NCBI GenBank assembly: GCA_964612105.1
Contig: CAZTEU010000003.1
Span: 3,050-67,049 of the forward strand
Length of the DNA stretch: 64,000 bases
Source: an uncultured Gammaproteobacteria bacterium
GTDB taxonomy: Bacteria > Patescibacteriota > Patescibacteriia > Magasanikbacterales > UBA922
Direction of reading: 5' to 3'
Shown piece after piece: positions 9,667-20,183 of the stretch. A program made the position numbers and the translations under genes. The stretch's first letter is position 1; each line of letters begins with the position of its first letter. The notes beneath the pieces were generated by a model. That model ran no database searches, was not told the origin of the DNA, and saw nothing but the letters and a program-made list of their open reading frames with translations.

Positions 9667-9696
9667 AAAAACCCCGATTTAATCGGGGCTCTTTTT
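9667..9696 (-). terminator. Terminator-like hairpin between the YtxH-like gene and the PBP gene
   Basis: CCCCGATT-T-AATCGGGG with the T-tract on the minus strand. Confidence 0.6.
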
Positions 9697-9994
9697 ATTT
9701 TTTTCTAAACTGTGCATTTAATAGCCGAACTACCATATTCTTTGCGTTATTGGCTAATTTGTTATTTACAGCATACTTGTCTACAACTTCCTGCACTATT
9801 TTTGTGTATTTACTCTTTGAAACTTTTTTCCAGCCACCAGAAGCAACGACTTTCTTCTTTACATCAGGATATAGCTTGGTAGCTACCTCAACCATCTGTT
9901 GCCTTACTTCTTTACCTTTTTTTGTGGAAAACATCCACATTAGTCCGGCACCAAGAAGACCACCAAGGACTGCGCCTTTTTTAAAACGTCCCAT
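9695..9994 (-). CDS. YtxH-like small basic membrane-associated protein
   Basis: F..GAVLGGLLGAGLMWMFSTKKGKEVR N-terminus. Confidence 0.7.
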   Translation of the reverse strand: MGRFKKGAVLGGLLGAGLMWMFSTKKGKEVRQQMVEVATKLYPDVKKKVVASGGWKKVSKSKYTKIVQEVVDKYAVNNKLANNAKNMVVRLLNAQFRKK

Positions 9995-10035
9995 ATTTTT
10001 ATGTTTATATACTTATGAGACAAGTATATCACAAT

Positions 10036-11277
10036 TTATTTTTTGTTACCAAGAAATTCTAATGCTCGTATTAATCCATTGTCTACAATTTCTCCATCCT
10101 CATCATCTTCATCAGGTACTGTAATCATTTCCTCAATAACTACGTCTGGTTCTATCCCTTCTCCTTCTATTACTCTATCTTTTGGAGTAAGCCACTTAGC
10201 AACAGTTAGTTTAAGGGCTGAGCCATCCTCAAAAACCTCAAAATCTTGCACAGACCCTTTTCCAAATGTCTTTTCACCAATTAAGGTTGCCACACCGTAG
10301 TCTTGCAATGCCCCAGCAACTATCTCAGATCCAGATGCGCTTCCTTTGTCCACTAATACTACCGTATCTATATTAATAAGCCTGTGTGTTCCTTTGCTAT
10401 CATAATTTCTTTCTTTTCCACCATTCAATTTTTCCTTTACTATAACTCCAGAAGGTATCCACTCACTTGCTACATCAACTGCTGTTTGTAAATATCCACC
10501 TGGATTACTTCTTAAATCCAGCACCAGACTTCCAACGCCCTTTTCTATAAAACTATTCACAACTTTATCAAACTCTCTCCACGTATTTTCGTTAAAGTAT
10601 GCAATACGAATATATCCAATATCTTCATCATGTATCTCAGACATTATAGTTGGTATTTTTATTGTATCGCGGGTCACACTAAAATCTTTTGGAGCATTGA
10701 ATCCATCCCTCACAACAGACAGAACTACTTTTGTTCCACGTCTTCCACGAATCTTCATAACAGATTCCTCAAGTGATAATCTATACGTCTCTTCTCCATC
10801 AATTTTATATATATGATCACCTGCTAGCAAACCAGAATCAATGGCCGGAGAATCAGGCAAAGGAGCGATAATTGTAAGAAGATCTTTGCGAATTCCTATT
10901 TCCGCTCCAATTCCTTCAAATTTCCCAGATAGATCCTTGCTAAACTCTTTTGCCTTCTTTGGTGGTAAGTATACTGAGTACGGATCATCTAAACCATCAA
11001 CAATTCCACCAACTGAACCATAAAACAATTTTACATCGTCTACAGGCTGATCCACATGTTTTTCTTGTACCTTGTCCCACACTTTCCAAAATTGATCAAA
11101 GCTCACTTCTGGTGAGCGTGTCTTTGAATAAAGGTCTACAACTTTTGTAATCTCTACTCCACCATCATCGTTTGTCAAAAAACCATATGTTGACCACATC
11201 TGACCCACAAATAGTCCTAAAATAAAAATTCCTGTGAAACTCACAGCAAAAAGAAGTATTCTTGTTTTTTCTCTCAT
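10036..11277 (-). CDS. ctpA: Carboxyl-terminal processing protease, S41 family with PDZ domain
   Basis: DDPYSVY, FEGIGAEI, LDLRSNPGG, SASGSE, TFGKGSVQ. Confidence 0.93.
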   Translation of the reverse strand: MREKTRILLFAVSFTGIFILGLFVGQMWSTYGFLTNDDGGVEITKVVDLYSKTRSPEVSFDQFWKVWDKVQEKHVDQPVDDVKLFYGSVGGIVDGLDDPYSVYLPPKKAKEFSKDLSGKFEGIGAEIGIRKDLLTIIAPLPDSPAIDSGLLAGDHIYKIDGEETYRLSLEESVMKIRGRRGTKVVLSVVRDGFNAPKDFSVTRDTIKIPTIMSEIHDEDIGYIRIAYFNENTWREFDKVVNSFIEKGVGSLVLDLRSNPGGYLQTAVDVASEWIPSGVIVKEKLNGGKERNYDSKGTHRLINIDTVVLVDKGSASGSEIVAGALQDYGVATLIGEKTFGKGSVQDFEVFEDGSALKLTVAKWLTPKDRVIEGEGIEPDVVIEEMITVPDEDDEDGEIVDNGLIRALEFLGNKK

Positions 11278-11279
11278 AT

Positions 11280-12581
11280 TTATTTTACGCGCCTAATATC
11301 TGCCCCAACTTGACTTAGTCTTTCTACTACATTTTCATATCCACGCTCAAGCATTGTTGGGTCATTTAATATTGATTCACCATCTGAAGCTAGCATACCT
11401 ATTAATATCGCCATTGCAGGACGAAGCGCAGGTGGTGATGTTATTTCATTTGCAGTAAATTTTGTTGGCCCCTCAATAAGCAATCTGTGCGGGTCTAGTA
11501 GACGAACATTTGCACCAAGCTTTTTGAACTCACTGTAGTATACAGCACGATTCTCATAACACCAATCATGAACCAGACTTTGACCTTTTGCTTTGCACAA
11601 AATAGGAACGAATAGTGGTACATTATCAATGTTTAATCCAGGATATGGTCGTCCATATAGCTTATCTGGTAGTGCAACTAATTCAGATGGCTCAATTGTT
11701 ATATCAGCAATATTTATCTTTCCGTTTTTTGATTTTCTTTTATTTTGAATTTTAAACTTCTGACCCATAACTTCTAGTTTGAGGAGTTCTAGCTCAAGAA
11801 AATCTAAGGGGCAGTTATTAATAGTAAGTGTTGAATCAGTTGTAATAGCCAATGATATCCACGCCATCGCATCAACAGGGTCTGGGCTTGGATAATATTC
11901 ATCTACTTCATTAAGCTTTTTTACTCCAGAAATTTTTAATGTTGTTGTTCCTATACCTTCTATTATTGCCCCAGCTTTTTCTAAAAAGTAGCACAGGTCT
12001 GTAACCATATAGTTAGAAGATGCAAACTTAATCGTTGTATCTCCAGGAGCTAATACAGCAGCCATAATTGCATTTTCCGTAGCTGTGTCTCCTGACTCAT
12101 ACATCACTATGTCTGATGCTGATAATTTGTCGTTTGATACTTCAAAATAATCTGGTGTAGATGTAACTTTAATTCCTAATTTTTCAAGAGCTAAGATGTG
12201 TGGCCTAACAGTACGTGAACCAAGCTTGCAACCACCTGACTTGTATAGTTTGTACTTTTTTTCTCTTGCAGCAAGCGCACCAAAAAATAGAAGTGATATA
12301 CGTACTTTTTTTGACAATTCCTTGTCTATTGACTCTAAATCTAACTTACCGCTTGTGTCTATTTCTAGAGTAGAATCGTCTAACCACTTATGTTTTACAC
12401 CAATACTTGTAAATATGTTTAATAGCCTCTCAATTTCATCTGCATGTGCCATGTCTTTCAGAATAGTCTTTCCTTCTATCATTAATGTTGCACACAAAAT
12501 AGCAAGAGGTCCATTTTTACCGGCTCCTGCCTCAATAGTTCCTTCTAATTTTTTACCTCCATTTACTATAAACTTAGACAT
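11280..12581 (-). CDS. murA: UDP-N-acetylglucosamine 1-carboxyvinyltransferase
   Basis: GGKKLEG..GKN, GGCKLGSR catalytic Cys loop, ATENAIMAA, ERGYEN. Confidence 0.88.
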   Translation of the reverse strand: MSKFIVNGGKKLEGTIEAGAGKNGPLAILCATLMIEGKTILKDMAHADEIERLLNIFTSIGVKHKWLDDSTLEIDTSGKLDLESIDKELSKKVRISLLFFGALAAREKKYKLYKSGGCKLGSRTVRPHILALEKLGIKVTSTPDYFEVSNDKLSASDIVMYESGDTATENAIMAAVLAPGDTTIKFASSNYMVTDLCYFLEKAGAIIEGIGTTTLKISGVKKLNEVDEYYPSPDPVDAMAWISLAITTDSTLTINNCPLDFLELELLKLEVMGQKFKIQNKRKSKNGKINIADITIEPSELVALPDKLYGRPYPGLNIDNVPLFVPILCKAKGQSLVHDWCYENRAVYYSEFKKLGANVRLLDPHRLLIEGPTKFTANEITSPPALRPAMAILIGMLASDGESILNDPTMLERGYENVVERLSQVGADIRRVK

Positions 12582-12650
12582 ATATAGTTGATTTTTTAAC
12601 CAAAATACGCTAAGATTATACCGAATTTACATATAAAAAGCAACCTACCT

Positions 12651-13976
12651 ATGTCATATCCAGAAGTATGGCTTACACAACCAATAAGACGAGCAATTAT
12701 GGCCACCTGGATACTGCTTTTTTTTATTATCTCTCCACTAATTATCCTATACACAATTGGATATAGATTTGATACTGAGAAATACATAATAAAGCAGACT
12801 GGAGTGCTGTCCGTAGAAGTAAAGCCAGAAGACGCAAGCGTTTCTATTAATGATGTGCTTATTGATAAAGAGATGCCCTTTGAACTTACAAACAGAGCTC
12901 CGGGATATTATCATGTCTATATCGACAAACCAGGTTTCCACACATGGGAAAAAGATATAGAGGTGTTTAGCAAACAAACATCATACGTCCATAACATTTA
13001 TCTTCTAGAAGATAATTTACCAATCCCAATTTTTGAAGATTTAAAAAATGTAATTTCATTTAATGTAAGTAATAAGGGACGCTATGCGGTAGTCGTAATT
13101 GAAAAAGACAGTTTCTTTGAGACGTATCACATTGACATGAAGAAGGACAAGAAAACACTTCTGGTGCGGGCTAAAACAAAAGTAGCACCTGTCATTGATT
13201 TCTCACCGTTCGACGAGACAATATTTATTGCTTACGAGAACAAAAAAACAAAACAATACACACTAGAACTAATTAGTGCAGATGAAATAGATAAGCGCAA
13301 GGCATATTCCATAGCTTCTTTGCCTGTCAAAGGAGAATATAGTTGGATAAAGAAAAAGGGTGGAAGTAGTCTACAAATCTTAGATAATAGAATAATTACA
13401 ACATTTGATATAACAAGCAAGAACAGATATGGATTAGCCATACATGATGTAGTACTTGCGGACAACAATGGGATGATTTGGGAGTTTAGCAAAAAAGACA
13501 AAAAAATAATTAGCAAGGAGCATGAGATAAAAGTAGATAGGGAAATAACGAAAATATTGCATGTCGATGAAAAGATAATGCTTGCGTATACAGAAAACGG
13601 AATGATGATTATAGATAGGACAGATGATGGTCATACTCAAGAAATTTCCGCTATTGAAATAAAGTATGAAGTAGATACTGAAAAATGGCTAGCTTGGTCA
13701 AAATGGGAGTTTTGGGAAATAGACCAAGAAGGAGATGTAAAATTACTAAACCGTGCAGGAAATGAGATTAAACAGATTTTCTCAATTAATGAACACAGTG
13801 CGGTTGGAATTGTGTCTAATAATACTATTAACATATTTGATCCAGTATATAACACAGAACATCTTATATTTGATACTGGAGATATTGAACATATTTTTGT
13901 AGATAAAAAAGAAAAAAAGCTCCTATTCCTTGGAACTGTTGCAAACAAACATGGAATTTTTGAACTAGAGTATTAG
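12651..13976 (+). CDS. PEGA-domain membrane-anchored protein with a beta-propeller-like C-terminus
   Basis: TM, then GYRFD..QTGVLSV..PEDASVSIND, PGYY.V.I.KPGF.TWEK. Confidence 0.75.
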   Translation: MSYPEVWLTQPIRRAIMATWILLFFIISPLIILYTIGYRFDTEKYIIKQTGVLSVEVKPEDASVSINDVLIDKEMPFELTNRAPGYYHVYIDKPGFHTWEKDIEVFSKQTSYVHNIYLLEDNLPIPIFEDLKNVISFNVSNKGRYAVVVIEKDSFFETYHIDMKKDKKTLLVRAKTKVAPVIDFSPFDETIFIAYENKKTKQYTLELISADEIDKRKAYSIASLPVKGEYSWIKKKGGSSLQILDNRIITTFDITSKNRYGLAIHDVVLADNNGMIWEFSKKDKKIISKEHEIKVDREITKILHVDEKIMLAYTENGMMIIDRTDDGHTQEISAIEIKYEVDTEKWLAWSKWEFWEIDQEGDVKLLNRAGNEIKQIFSINEHSAVGIVSNNTINIFDPVYNTEHLIFDTGDIEHIFVDKKEKKLLFLGTVANKHGIFELEY

Positions 13977-15070
13977 ATTTCTAGTACTGCATTATCACCT
14001 ATAATCATGCGCTTTCCCTCTGGGTGTGCGCTATGTTTTTTTTGTATCTTAACACTCTTGCCTACAATACTGTTTCCAATATGAATATCACAATCAATGT
14101 TAGCATTATCTAAAACAATAGAATTCTCAATATGAGCTCCGCCCTGCACCTCTGTCCCCTGCCCAATTGTAGTATAAGGACCAATAGTACAATTCTCTAG
14201 AATACAATTCTCAGCAATTATAGATGGGCCATAAATACGCACTCCTTTTTTAACCTGTGTGCCAATACCTATATGAACCATTTCGTCTATGTTTGCATTT
14301 TCATCCACCATCACGCCGGGCAAAATTTGCTGTGATGAAATATCTTTTAACAACAACTTATTTGCTGTAACAAGATCCTCAGGTTTTCCTGTGTCTTTCC
14401 ACCAACCTGTTATTTCTTCATAACCAACTCTTTTCCCATCATTTAACAGCAGTGAGTGAATATCTGAAATTTCGTACTCTCCACGTGAACTTTTTCCAAT
14501 CCTATTAAATGCATCGAAAAACACACCAGGACCATACAGATAAATTCCTGTTACAGCAAAATCATTTGGTGGATTTTTTGGTTTCTCCTGCACTTCCTTT
14601 AATGTAACTCCATCTTCCTTAAATACAGGAACACCAAAGCGTTCTGGATCTTTTACTTTTGAGAATGCAAGCATGCAATCACATTTATCTTGATAAAATT
14701 TCTCAAAAAGCCCACTCAAGCCTCCAAGTAAAATATTATCAGAAAGATAAAACATAAAAGGATCGTTGCCAATAAATTTTTGAGCCTCATTTACTACGTG
14801 AGCTATTCCCTGTGGACCACCTGTTTGTTCAAAAAAAGTAATATTGATTCCCCAATGTCCCCCATCTCCAATGTGCTTTTGTAATTCAGTCTCCCCTGGG
14901 TTTGTATTTATAAAAATATCAGTTACACCAACCTCAATAGCTTTTTCTATTGCATGAAAAATCATTGGCTTATTTGCAAGTGGTAATAGATGTTTATTAA
15001 TTGTACTTGTGATTGGCCTCAGTCTGGTTGCATGACCACCACCTGTTAATATTGCTTTACGAATTTTCAT
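13973..15070 (-). CDS. rmlA: Glucose-1-phosphate thymidylyltransferase, long form
   Basis: GGGHATRLRPIT..NKHLLP, RGEYEISD, WWKDTGKPEDL, C-terminal hexapeptide repeats. Confidence 0.88.
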   Translation of the reverse strand: MKIRKAILTGGGHATRLRPITSTINKHLLPLANKPMIFHAIEKAIEVGVTDIFINTNPGETELQKHIGDGGHWGINITFFEQTGGPQGIAHVVNEAQKFIGNDPFMFYLSDNILLGGLSGLFEKFYQDKCDCMLAFSKVKDPERFGVPVFKEDGVTLKEVQEKPKNPPNDFAVTGIYLYGPGVFFDAFNRIGKSSRGEYEISDIHSLLLNDGKRVGYEEITGWWKDTGKPEDLVTANKLLLKDISSQQILPGVMVDENANIDEMVHIGIGTQVKKGVRIYGPSIIAENCILENCTIGPYTTIGQGTEVQGGAHIENSIVLDNANIDCDIHIGNSIVGKSVKIQKKHSAHPEGKRMIIGDNAVLEI

Positions 15071-15071
15071 A

Positions 15072-16172
15072 TTACCACCAAATTAATCCTTTAACTACAA
15101 TCATATAATACAATTTCATCAACGGATTTCCAATATATACTAAAATAGGATTTTCCATTGATGATTCTTGAAACTTTATTTCTGGAACAGTAAAAGACAG
15201 TAGAAATCTATCAGAAACTTTTCTCATTTTCTGAATCTTCTTTCTTTTTCCTAACCAAAGTTTCCAATTCTTTGATTTCATCCAATATTTCCAAACCTCA
15301 ACACGCTTGTTAAACCACCCGCCTTTTATTGAAAACAGCCATAATCCTAATTCCATTACTAAAAACATTGGGAAAAGTAATATTAAGGTTGGCAAACGGA
15401 AAAACATTAACATTACACCATACCTATTACGCTCCATCCAGTAGAATTTTTCAATACTTCTGCTAAATTGATATTTATGGTAGAAAATTGAATCTCTAAT
15501 TAGTTTTATATTATAGCCTGCCATACGCAACCTAAATGACCATTCTAAATCTTCATGATAAAGGAAAAAGTCATTATCCCAACTTCCAAATTCTTCAATT
15601 ACACTTGCTCTCACCATAAGAGCGGCGCCACTTGCATATGAGACTTCTTTCACAGGAGGTGATTTATAATCTACCATCTTAGTGCGATATTCACCACAGT
15701 ATCCAAAACCCAAGAAATGCATAGAATTGCCTGCACTATTTAATAGCGAAGTTTCTGGATGGAGAAGCATTAAGGACTGTGCAAGACCAATTTTATCATT
15801 CTCTTCCATTGCATTTACAATTGGCTCAAGACAGTTAGATGCCGTGAAACCATCATTATTGTGGAAGTATATGTAATCGTATCCATTTTCTAGCGCCCAT
15901 TTTACACCTGCGTTATTCCCACCAGCAAAACCTAAATTTTCCTTTTGTGAAAGTAATACAACTTCTGGAATTTCTTTGCCAGAAAGAGGAAGTACATGGC
16001 TCTCTAAATATCTTGTAGATGAACCGTGTTTAGGGTGAGGATTATCTACAATGATAAAAGAAACCTTATCCTTTGGATATGTTAATTTCTTAAGTGAAGA
16101 CACAACATCATCAATGTATGGTTCACAATGAAAAGAAAGATAAACAATTGCTACTTTAGGAAAGTCCTGCAT
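15072..16172 (-). CDS. GT2 family glycosyltransferase (rhamnosyltransferase-like)
   Basis: ENLGFAGGNNAG, SGAALMVR, FFLYHEDLEWSFR. Confidence 0.88.
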   Translation of the reverse strand: MQDFPKVAIVYLSFHCEPYIDDVVSSLKKLTYPKDKVSFIIVDNPHPKHGSSTRYLESHVLPLSGKEIPEVVLLSQKENLGFAGGNNAGVKWALENGYDYIYFHNNDGFTASNCLEPIVNAMEENDKIGLAQSLMLLHPETSLLNSAGNSMHFLGFGYCGEYRTKMVDYKSPPVKEVSYASGAALMVRASVIEEFGSWDNDFFLYHEDLEWSFRLRMAGYNIKLIRDSIFYHKYQFSRSIEKFYWMERNRYGVMLMFFRLPTLILLFPMFLVMELGLWLFSIKGGWFNKRVEVWKYWMKSKNWKLWLGKRKKIQKMRKVSDRFLLSFTVPEIKFQESSMENPILVYIGNPLMKLYYMIVVKGLIWW

Positions 16173-17001
16173 AATATTTGTGATTTCCTCTCCATTTCCA
16201 TAAGAATTTTATCCAGCTAGATAAATGAATTCTTGCTAGTTTATTTTTTAACAAAGCCTTAACAATTCCCGGCACTTTTGCTGAACCTCGCTCATAAGCG
16301 TGCTTGATCACTATATCATGTACATAGTACACAGGCCAACCATGCTCCCACATATTTCTACACCAATCAGCATCCTCTAGATACATGAAATATCTATCAT
16401 CAAACCAGCCTATTTGATCCACCACTTCTTTTCTAACAACAAGCGAAGCTCCCAAGACCCAATCAACAGGCTGAGTTTTATTATGATCAAAATCTTTCAT
16501 CAAAAGTCTATCTGTATATTTTTTTACCCACTTATACTTCTTATCCAAATTCATTTGTTTAAATGGCTTAATCAACATTGAGGAAAGATTAAAACGATAA
16601 CACGACTCCTGTAAAGTTCCATCCATATTAAGTAGTTTTGTACCTATACATCCAATTTTTGGCTCACTATCCATAAATTTTATAAGACGCTCTACTGTGT
16701 ATGAATGCGTAGGAATAATTGTATCCCTATTGAGTGCAAAATAGTAGCGAGCGGGCGTTGCCTTAAAACCTTCTGTATTTCCTTTTCCAAACCCAACATT
16801 ACCACCACAGTCCACATACTTTATAGATGGAAACTTTTGCTCTAACTCATCTCTTATTTTATCTTTGTTTTCTGAATTATCAGCTACTGTAATCTGCACA
16901 TCATATGGACAATCACAAATATCTTCTTCGAGCGATTCAACAGCACGCAGAATATCATCTTTCATTAGATAATTTAGCAATACAATATTTATGTCTTTCA
17001 T
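16156..17001 (-). CDS. GT2 family glycosyltransferase
   Basis: NVGFGKGN, LNRD, VDWVLGA, YFMYLEDADWC; ATG at 17001 overlaps the upstream TGA (ATGA). Confidence 0.88.
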   Translation of the reverse strand: MKDINIVLLNYLMKDDILRAVESLEEDICDCPYDVQITVADNSENKDKIRDELEQKFPSIKYVDCGGNVGFGKGNTEGFKATPARYYFALNRDTIIPTHSYTVERLIKFMDSEPKIGCIGTKLLNMDGTLQESCYRFNLSSMLIKPFKQMNLDKKYKWVKKYTDRLLMKDFDHNKTQPVDWVLGASLVVRKEVVDQIGWFDDRYFMYLEDADWCRNMWEHGWPVYYVHDIVIKHAYERGSAKVPGIVKALLKNKLARIHLSSWIKFLWKWRGNHKYYAGLS

Positions 17002-18041
17002 AGTGACCACCATCTTCTAATTTCTTTCCAGCCCACTCTTCTTTTATTAACTATCTGCATTCTTTTATTTTTTAGTGTCTTTCTTGCTCTTAAAACTTCA
17101 TATAATCCCTCCAATGCTCTTCTGTTAAAAAGTAAGAAGTATACAAATTTCTTTAATTCATACCATAAAATCCAAGGAAAATCAAGTATGAAATTTAGTA
17201 TATATTCATTTTTGTAAATTGTACTCAGATGATTTTTATAACTATTATAAGTCACCCATGGTGATTGCTTCATTTTGTTTTTTATTGCAGACATATCATC
17301 CATTAGTCTTGGCCCCGCCCCAGATCTATCATGATATGCAACAGCATCTAATAATACAACAGAATCATATCCAGATGAACGAAGTCTGTATGCTAGATCC
17401 ACATCTTCTTTGTATGAACCATAGGTTTCATCAAATAAGTTACCGTTTTCGAAGGATACAACATCTAGCACTTCTTTGCGAAAAAAAGGAAGGGCTCCAG
17501 ATACTCCAAAAACCTCTAATACATTAGTATCAAATTGAATCTTAATTTCATTCCAATTTTCTGCTGTGTATTGTTCCACAACTCTTCTTGTGCGCATAAC
17601 TTTTAGACCAAGAGCATCTATTTTGTTAGAAAAGCTATCCTCAACTTTATCTGATAAGTTGTCAAAATCCCAACGCATTAGCCTTGGAGACAAAGACGCA
17701 ACGTTTTCATTTTTTTCTAAAAAATCTACCATCTTCTCAAAGCAGTCAGGTGCTATGTACATATCTTGGTTTAGGAGAAGCACATATTCTGAATTTGTAT
17801 CCCTAAGTAGTTTATTATGTCCACCAGCAAAACCAATGTTATCTCTTAATTCAACAAGTCTGTTTTGAATTGTAAAATTTCCTAATTCTTTTTTTATATA
17901 TTCCAAAGTTTTATCTGTTGATCCATTATCTAAAACATGTAGTTCCCAATCTGTATATGTTTGCTTTCTTAGGGATTCAAAAACATGCGGAATATATTCA
18001 GCCCCGTTCCAAGCAACAAGATGTACTGATAATTTTTTCAT
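16998..18041 (-). CDS. GT2 family glycosyltransferase
   Basis: DNGSTD, NIGFAGGHN, LLNQD, YKEDVDLAYR. Confidence 0.88.
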   Translation of the reverse strand: MKKLSVHLVAWNGAEYIPHVFESLRKQTYTDWELHVLDNGSTDKTLEYIKKELGNFTIQNRLVELRDNIGFAGGHNKLLRDTNSEYVLLLNQDMYIAPDCFEKMVDFLEKNENVASLSPRLMRWDFDNLSDKVEDSFSNKIDALGLKVMRTRRVVEQYTAENWNEIKIQFDTNVLEVFGVSGALPFFRKEVLDVVSFENGNLFDETYGSYKEDVDLAYRLRSSGYDSVVLLDAVAYHDRSGAGPRLMDDMSAIKNKMKQSPWVTYNSYKNHLSTIYKNEYILNFILDFPWILWYELKKFVYFLLFNRRALEGLYEVLRARKTLKNKRMQIVNKRRVGWKEIRRWWSL

Positions 18042-18050
18042 CCTAATATA

Positions 18051-18899
18051 TTATTTAAACTTATCGTTTATCCACGCCAATGAAACCCCAACAGGACGAA
18101 ATACCGCAATCCAAATCCATTTATACCAAGACTCCCACTTCATAAAATAGATTAACATACTTTCTGTAAACTGTTTTTGCTTCCATAGTGTTGTAAGTTT
18201 CTTAAAGCTCTGCCCAACATAATCTGTACAAGAAATTATGGGAGTATATACCACTCTGTACCCCAATCGCTTTGCTTCTCTGCAAATATCAACATCTTCA
18301 TACCAAATAAAATAGCGAGGATCAAAAGCCCAACCAAGCTCATCAATAAAGTCACGTCTCATCAGCATAAAAGAACCACGTATTGAATCCACATCTTGTT
18401 CTCTATTCTCATTAAAACCAACCATGTGATACTTATTTAGAATTGAAGGAAATATATGTGGTAGTTTTAGAATAAGAGCAACCTGTTCCCACACCCTAGG
18501 AAATCTTCTCGGTGAAGCATTCAAGTTAAATTTTCCATTTTCATCAATAAGTTTTGGGCTTGCAATTGCCACATCTCTGTTTTTCTTCATCCAATCTACT
18601 ATCACATCTAAACTTCCATTCTTAATCTTCATATCTGGGTTAAGAAATAAAACATAATCACCACTTGCAATCTCCAAACCCTTGTTGTTTGCTGCACCAA
18701 AACCAATATTACTTTTATTTTCAATAATTTTTACTTGCGGAAACTCACTTCTAATTAATTTGACTGTATTGTCCTCTGAACCATTGTCTACAATAATTTC
18801 TTCACAAGCTAAGTTCTTACAACCTAAATAAACAGATGCAATCTGCCTACTTATTTCTTTCTCAGCATTCCATGTAACTGTAATTACAGACAAGTCCAT
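18051..18899 (-). CDS. GT2 family glycosyltransferase
   Basis: MDLSVITVTWN, DNGSED, NIGFGAANN, LFLNPD, YFIWYEDVD; start moved to ATG 18899. Confidence 0.88.
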   Translation of the reverse strand: MDLSVITVTWNAEKEISRQIASVYLGCKNLACEEIIVDNGSEDNTVKLIRSEFPQVKIIENKSNIGFGAANNKGLEIASGDYVLFLNPDMKIKNGSLDVIVDWMKKNRDVAIASPKLIDENGKFNLNASPRRFPRVWEQVALILKLPHIFPSILNKYHMVGFNENREQDVDSIRGSFMLMRRDFIDELGWAFDPRYFIWYEDVDICREAKRLGYRVVYTPIISCTDYVGQSFKKLTTLWKQKQFTESMLIYFMKWESWYKWIWIAVFRPVGVSLAWINDKFK

Positions 18900-18900
18900 A

Positions 18901-19305
18901 TTATTCCTTTGATAGTTGTTCATCGATTTCGAAATTATTTCCTTTTCCACTACGCCCATAATCATCTTCTATTTTTACAACATCATCAAGGTCACTCGTG
19001 GAGACCTCAAAAATTTCAGAATCTTCTATACCATATGCACGATGAACCATTCCAGGATATACATCTAGCTTGTCCCCAGGATTTAAAATGATTTCATCTA
19101 GCTCATCTTTGGATGGTCCTAACAAAAACTTGATTTTTCCTTTTAATACATATTGTGTTTCTGTTTTCCTTTCATGATACTGTAAAGAATATTGATGACC
19201 CTTTTTAATATGTAATATTTTTCCACAATACTGGTCATGGCAGGCAAACCAGATCTCTTTACCCCATGGTTTTGGCACTACCTTAATTGGAGTTTGTTCG
19301 CTCAT
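18901..19305 (-). CDS. Cupin protein (mannose-6-phosphate isomerase-like)
   Basis: VPKPWGKE, SLQYHERKTET, PGMVHR, EVST..LDDVV.IEDDYGR. Confidence 0.8.
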   Translation of the reverse strand: MSEQTPIKVVPKPWGKEIWFACHDQYCGKILHIKKGHQYSLQYHERKTETQYVLKGKIKFLLGPSKDELDEIILNPGDKLDVYPGMVHRAYGIEDSEIFEVSTSDLDDVVKIEDDYGRSGKGNNFEIDEQLSKE

Positions 19306-19310
19306 ACTTA

Positions 19311-20180
19311 CTAACAACTGAGAATGTCATTTGACGAAATATTTTTTTTCTTCGCCTCTGCGTACTTCTCCATGGTATCTCGCAAAGCTTCTTTAACATC
19401 CCGCATCTCAATTCCAATTTTCTGTAAATTTTCTGAATGTAAAAAGTTATTTGATCTTCCTTTTGTTGCTATACCCTGCCCCACCAGATCATCATTACTA
19501 ATCCATTCATTTGTGTGAGTGGGATCCACCAGCTCTTCATACAATGAGATAAGATCTCGATGTCTCATTGTTCCAGGATTTGTCACATGAAAAATACCAC
19601 TCGCTTTCTTTTCCATTAGTTTATAAAAAACATCAATCATGTCATCAATAATTGTTACACTATTCTCAACATCAATTACTTTTGGATATTTAGCTAGTTT
19701 GTCTATCAGATTATTAGGTGCAGGTATCCAATCTATAGGCATACGTATCCTTGCTATCCCAACATTATCTAAAGTAGACAACGCAAGGTCTGCAGCAAGT
19801 TTTGTTCGCGAGTACACAGGTACAGGATTTCCAAAATCATCTTCTCTCCACTTCTTATCTGCATGAGGTGAGTCTCCGTAAAAAATGCATCCAGATCCAA
19901 TATGCAATAAATACTTCCCTCTTGTTTGACATGCTTCCGCAATAAGTATGGGTAATTTAGTATTTCCAATTATAGTTTCCATCTGATTATCCTCACACCA
20001 ATCGACGTTAGGATATCCACGAACACCTGCAGCATTAAATACAACATCTGGGTTATGCTTATCTATTAAATCCAATACATCCTGTGTTTTGTGTATTCGC
20101 TTATCTGCAATGACAGAATCATTCCAAGAGTCTGCACATCTTTTTCCAATAAAACCTTTTCCTATAATAAGAATCTTCAT
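19311..20180 (-). CDS. NDP-4-keto-6-deoxyglucose 3,5-epimerase/4-reductase, NRS/ER (UER1)-like; RmlD family
   Basis: GKGFIG, FNAAGVRGYPNVDWCE, GSGCIF, YSRTK, RIRMPI, GRSN. Confidence 0.8.
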   Translation of the reverse strand: MKILIIGKGFIGKRCADSWNDSVIADKRIHKTQDVLDLIDKHNPDVVFNAAGVRGYPNVDWCEDNQMETIIGNTKLPILIAEACQTRGKYLLHIGSGCIFYGDSPHADKKWREDDFGNPVPVYSRTKLAADLALSTLDNVGIARIRMPIDWIPAPNNLIDKLAKYPKVIDVENSVTIIDDMIDVFYKLMEKKASGIFHVTNPGTMRHRDLISLYEELVDPTHTNEWISNDDLVGQGIATKGRSNNFLHSENLQKIGIEMRDVKEALRDTMEKYAEAKKKNISSNDILSC

Positions 20181-20183
20181 AAA

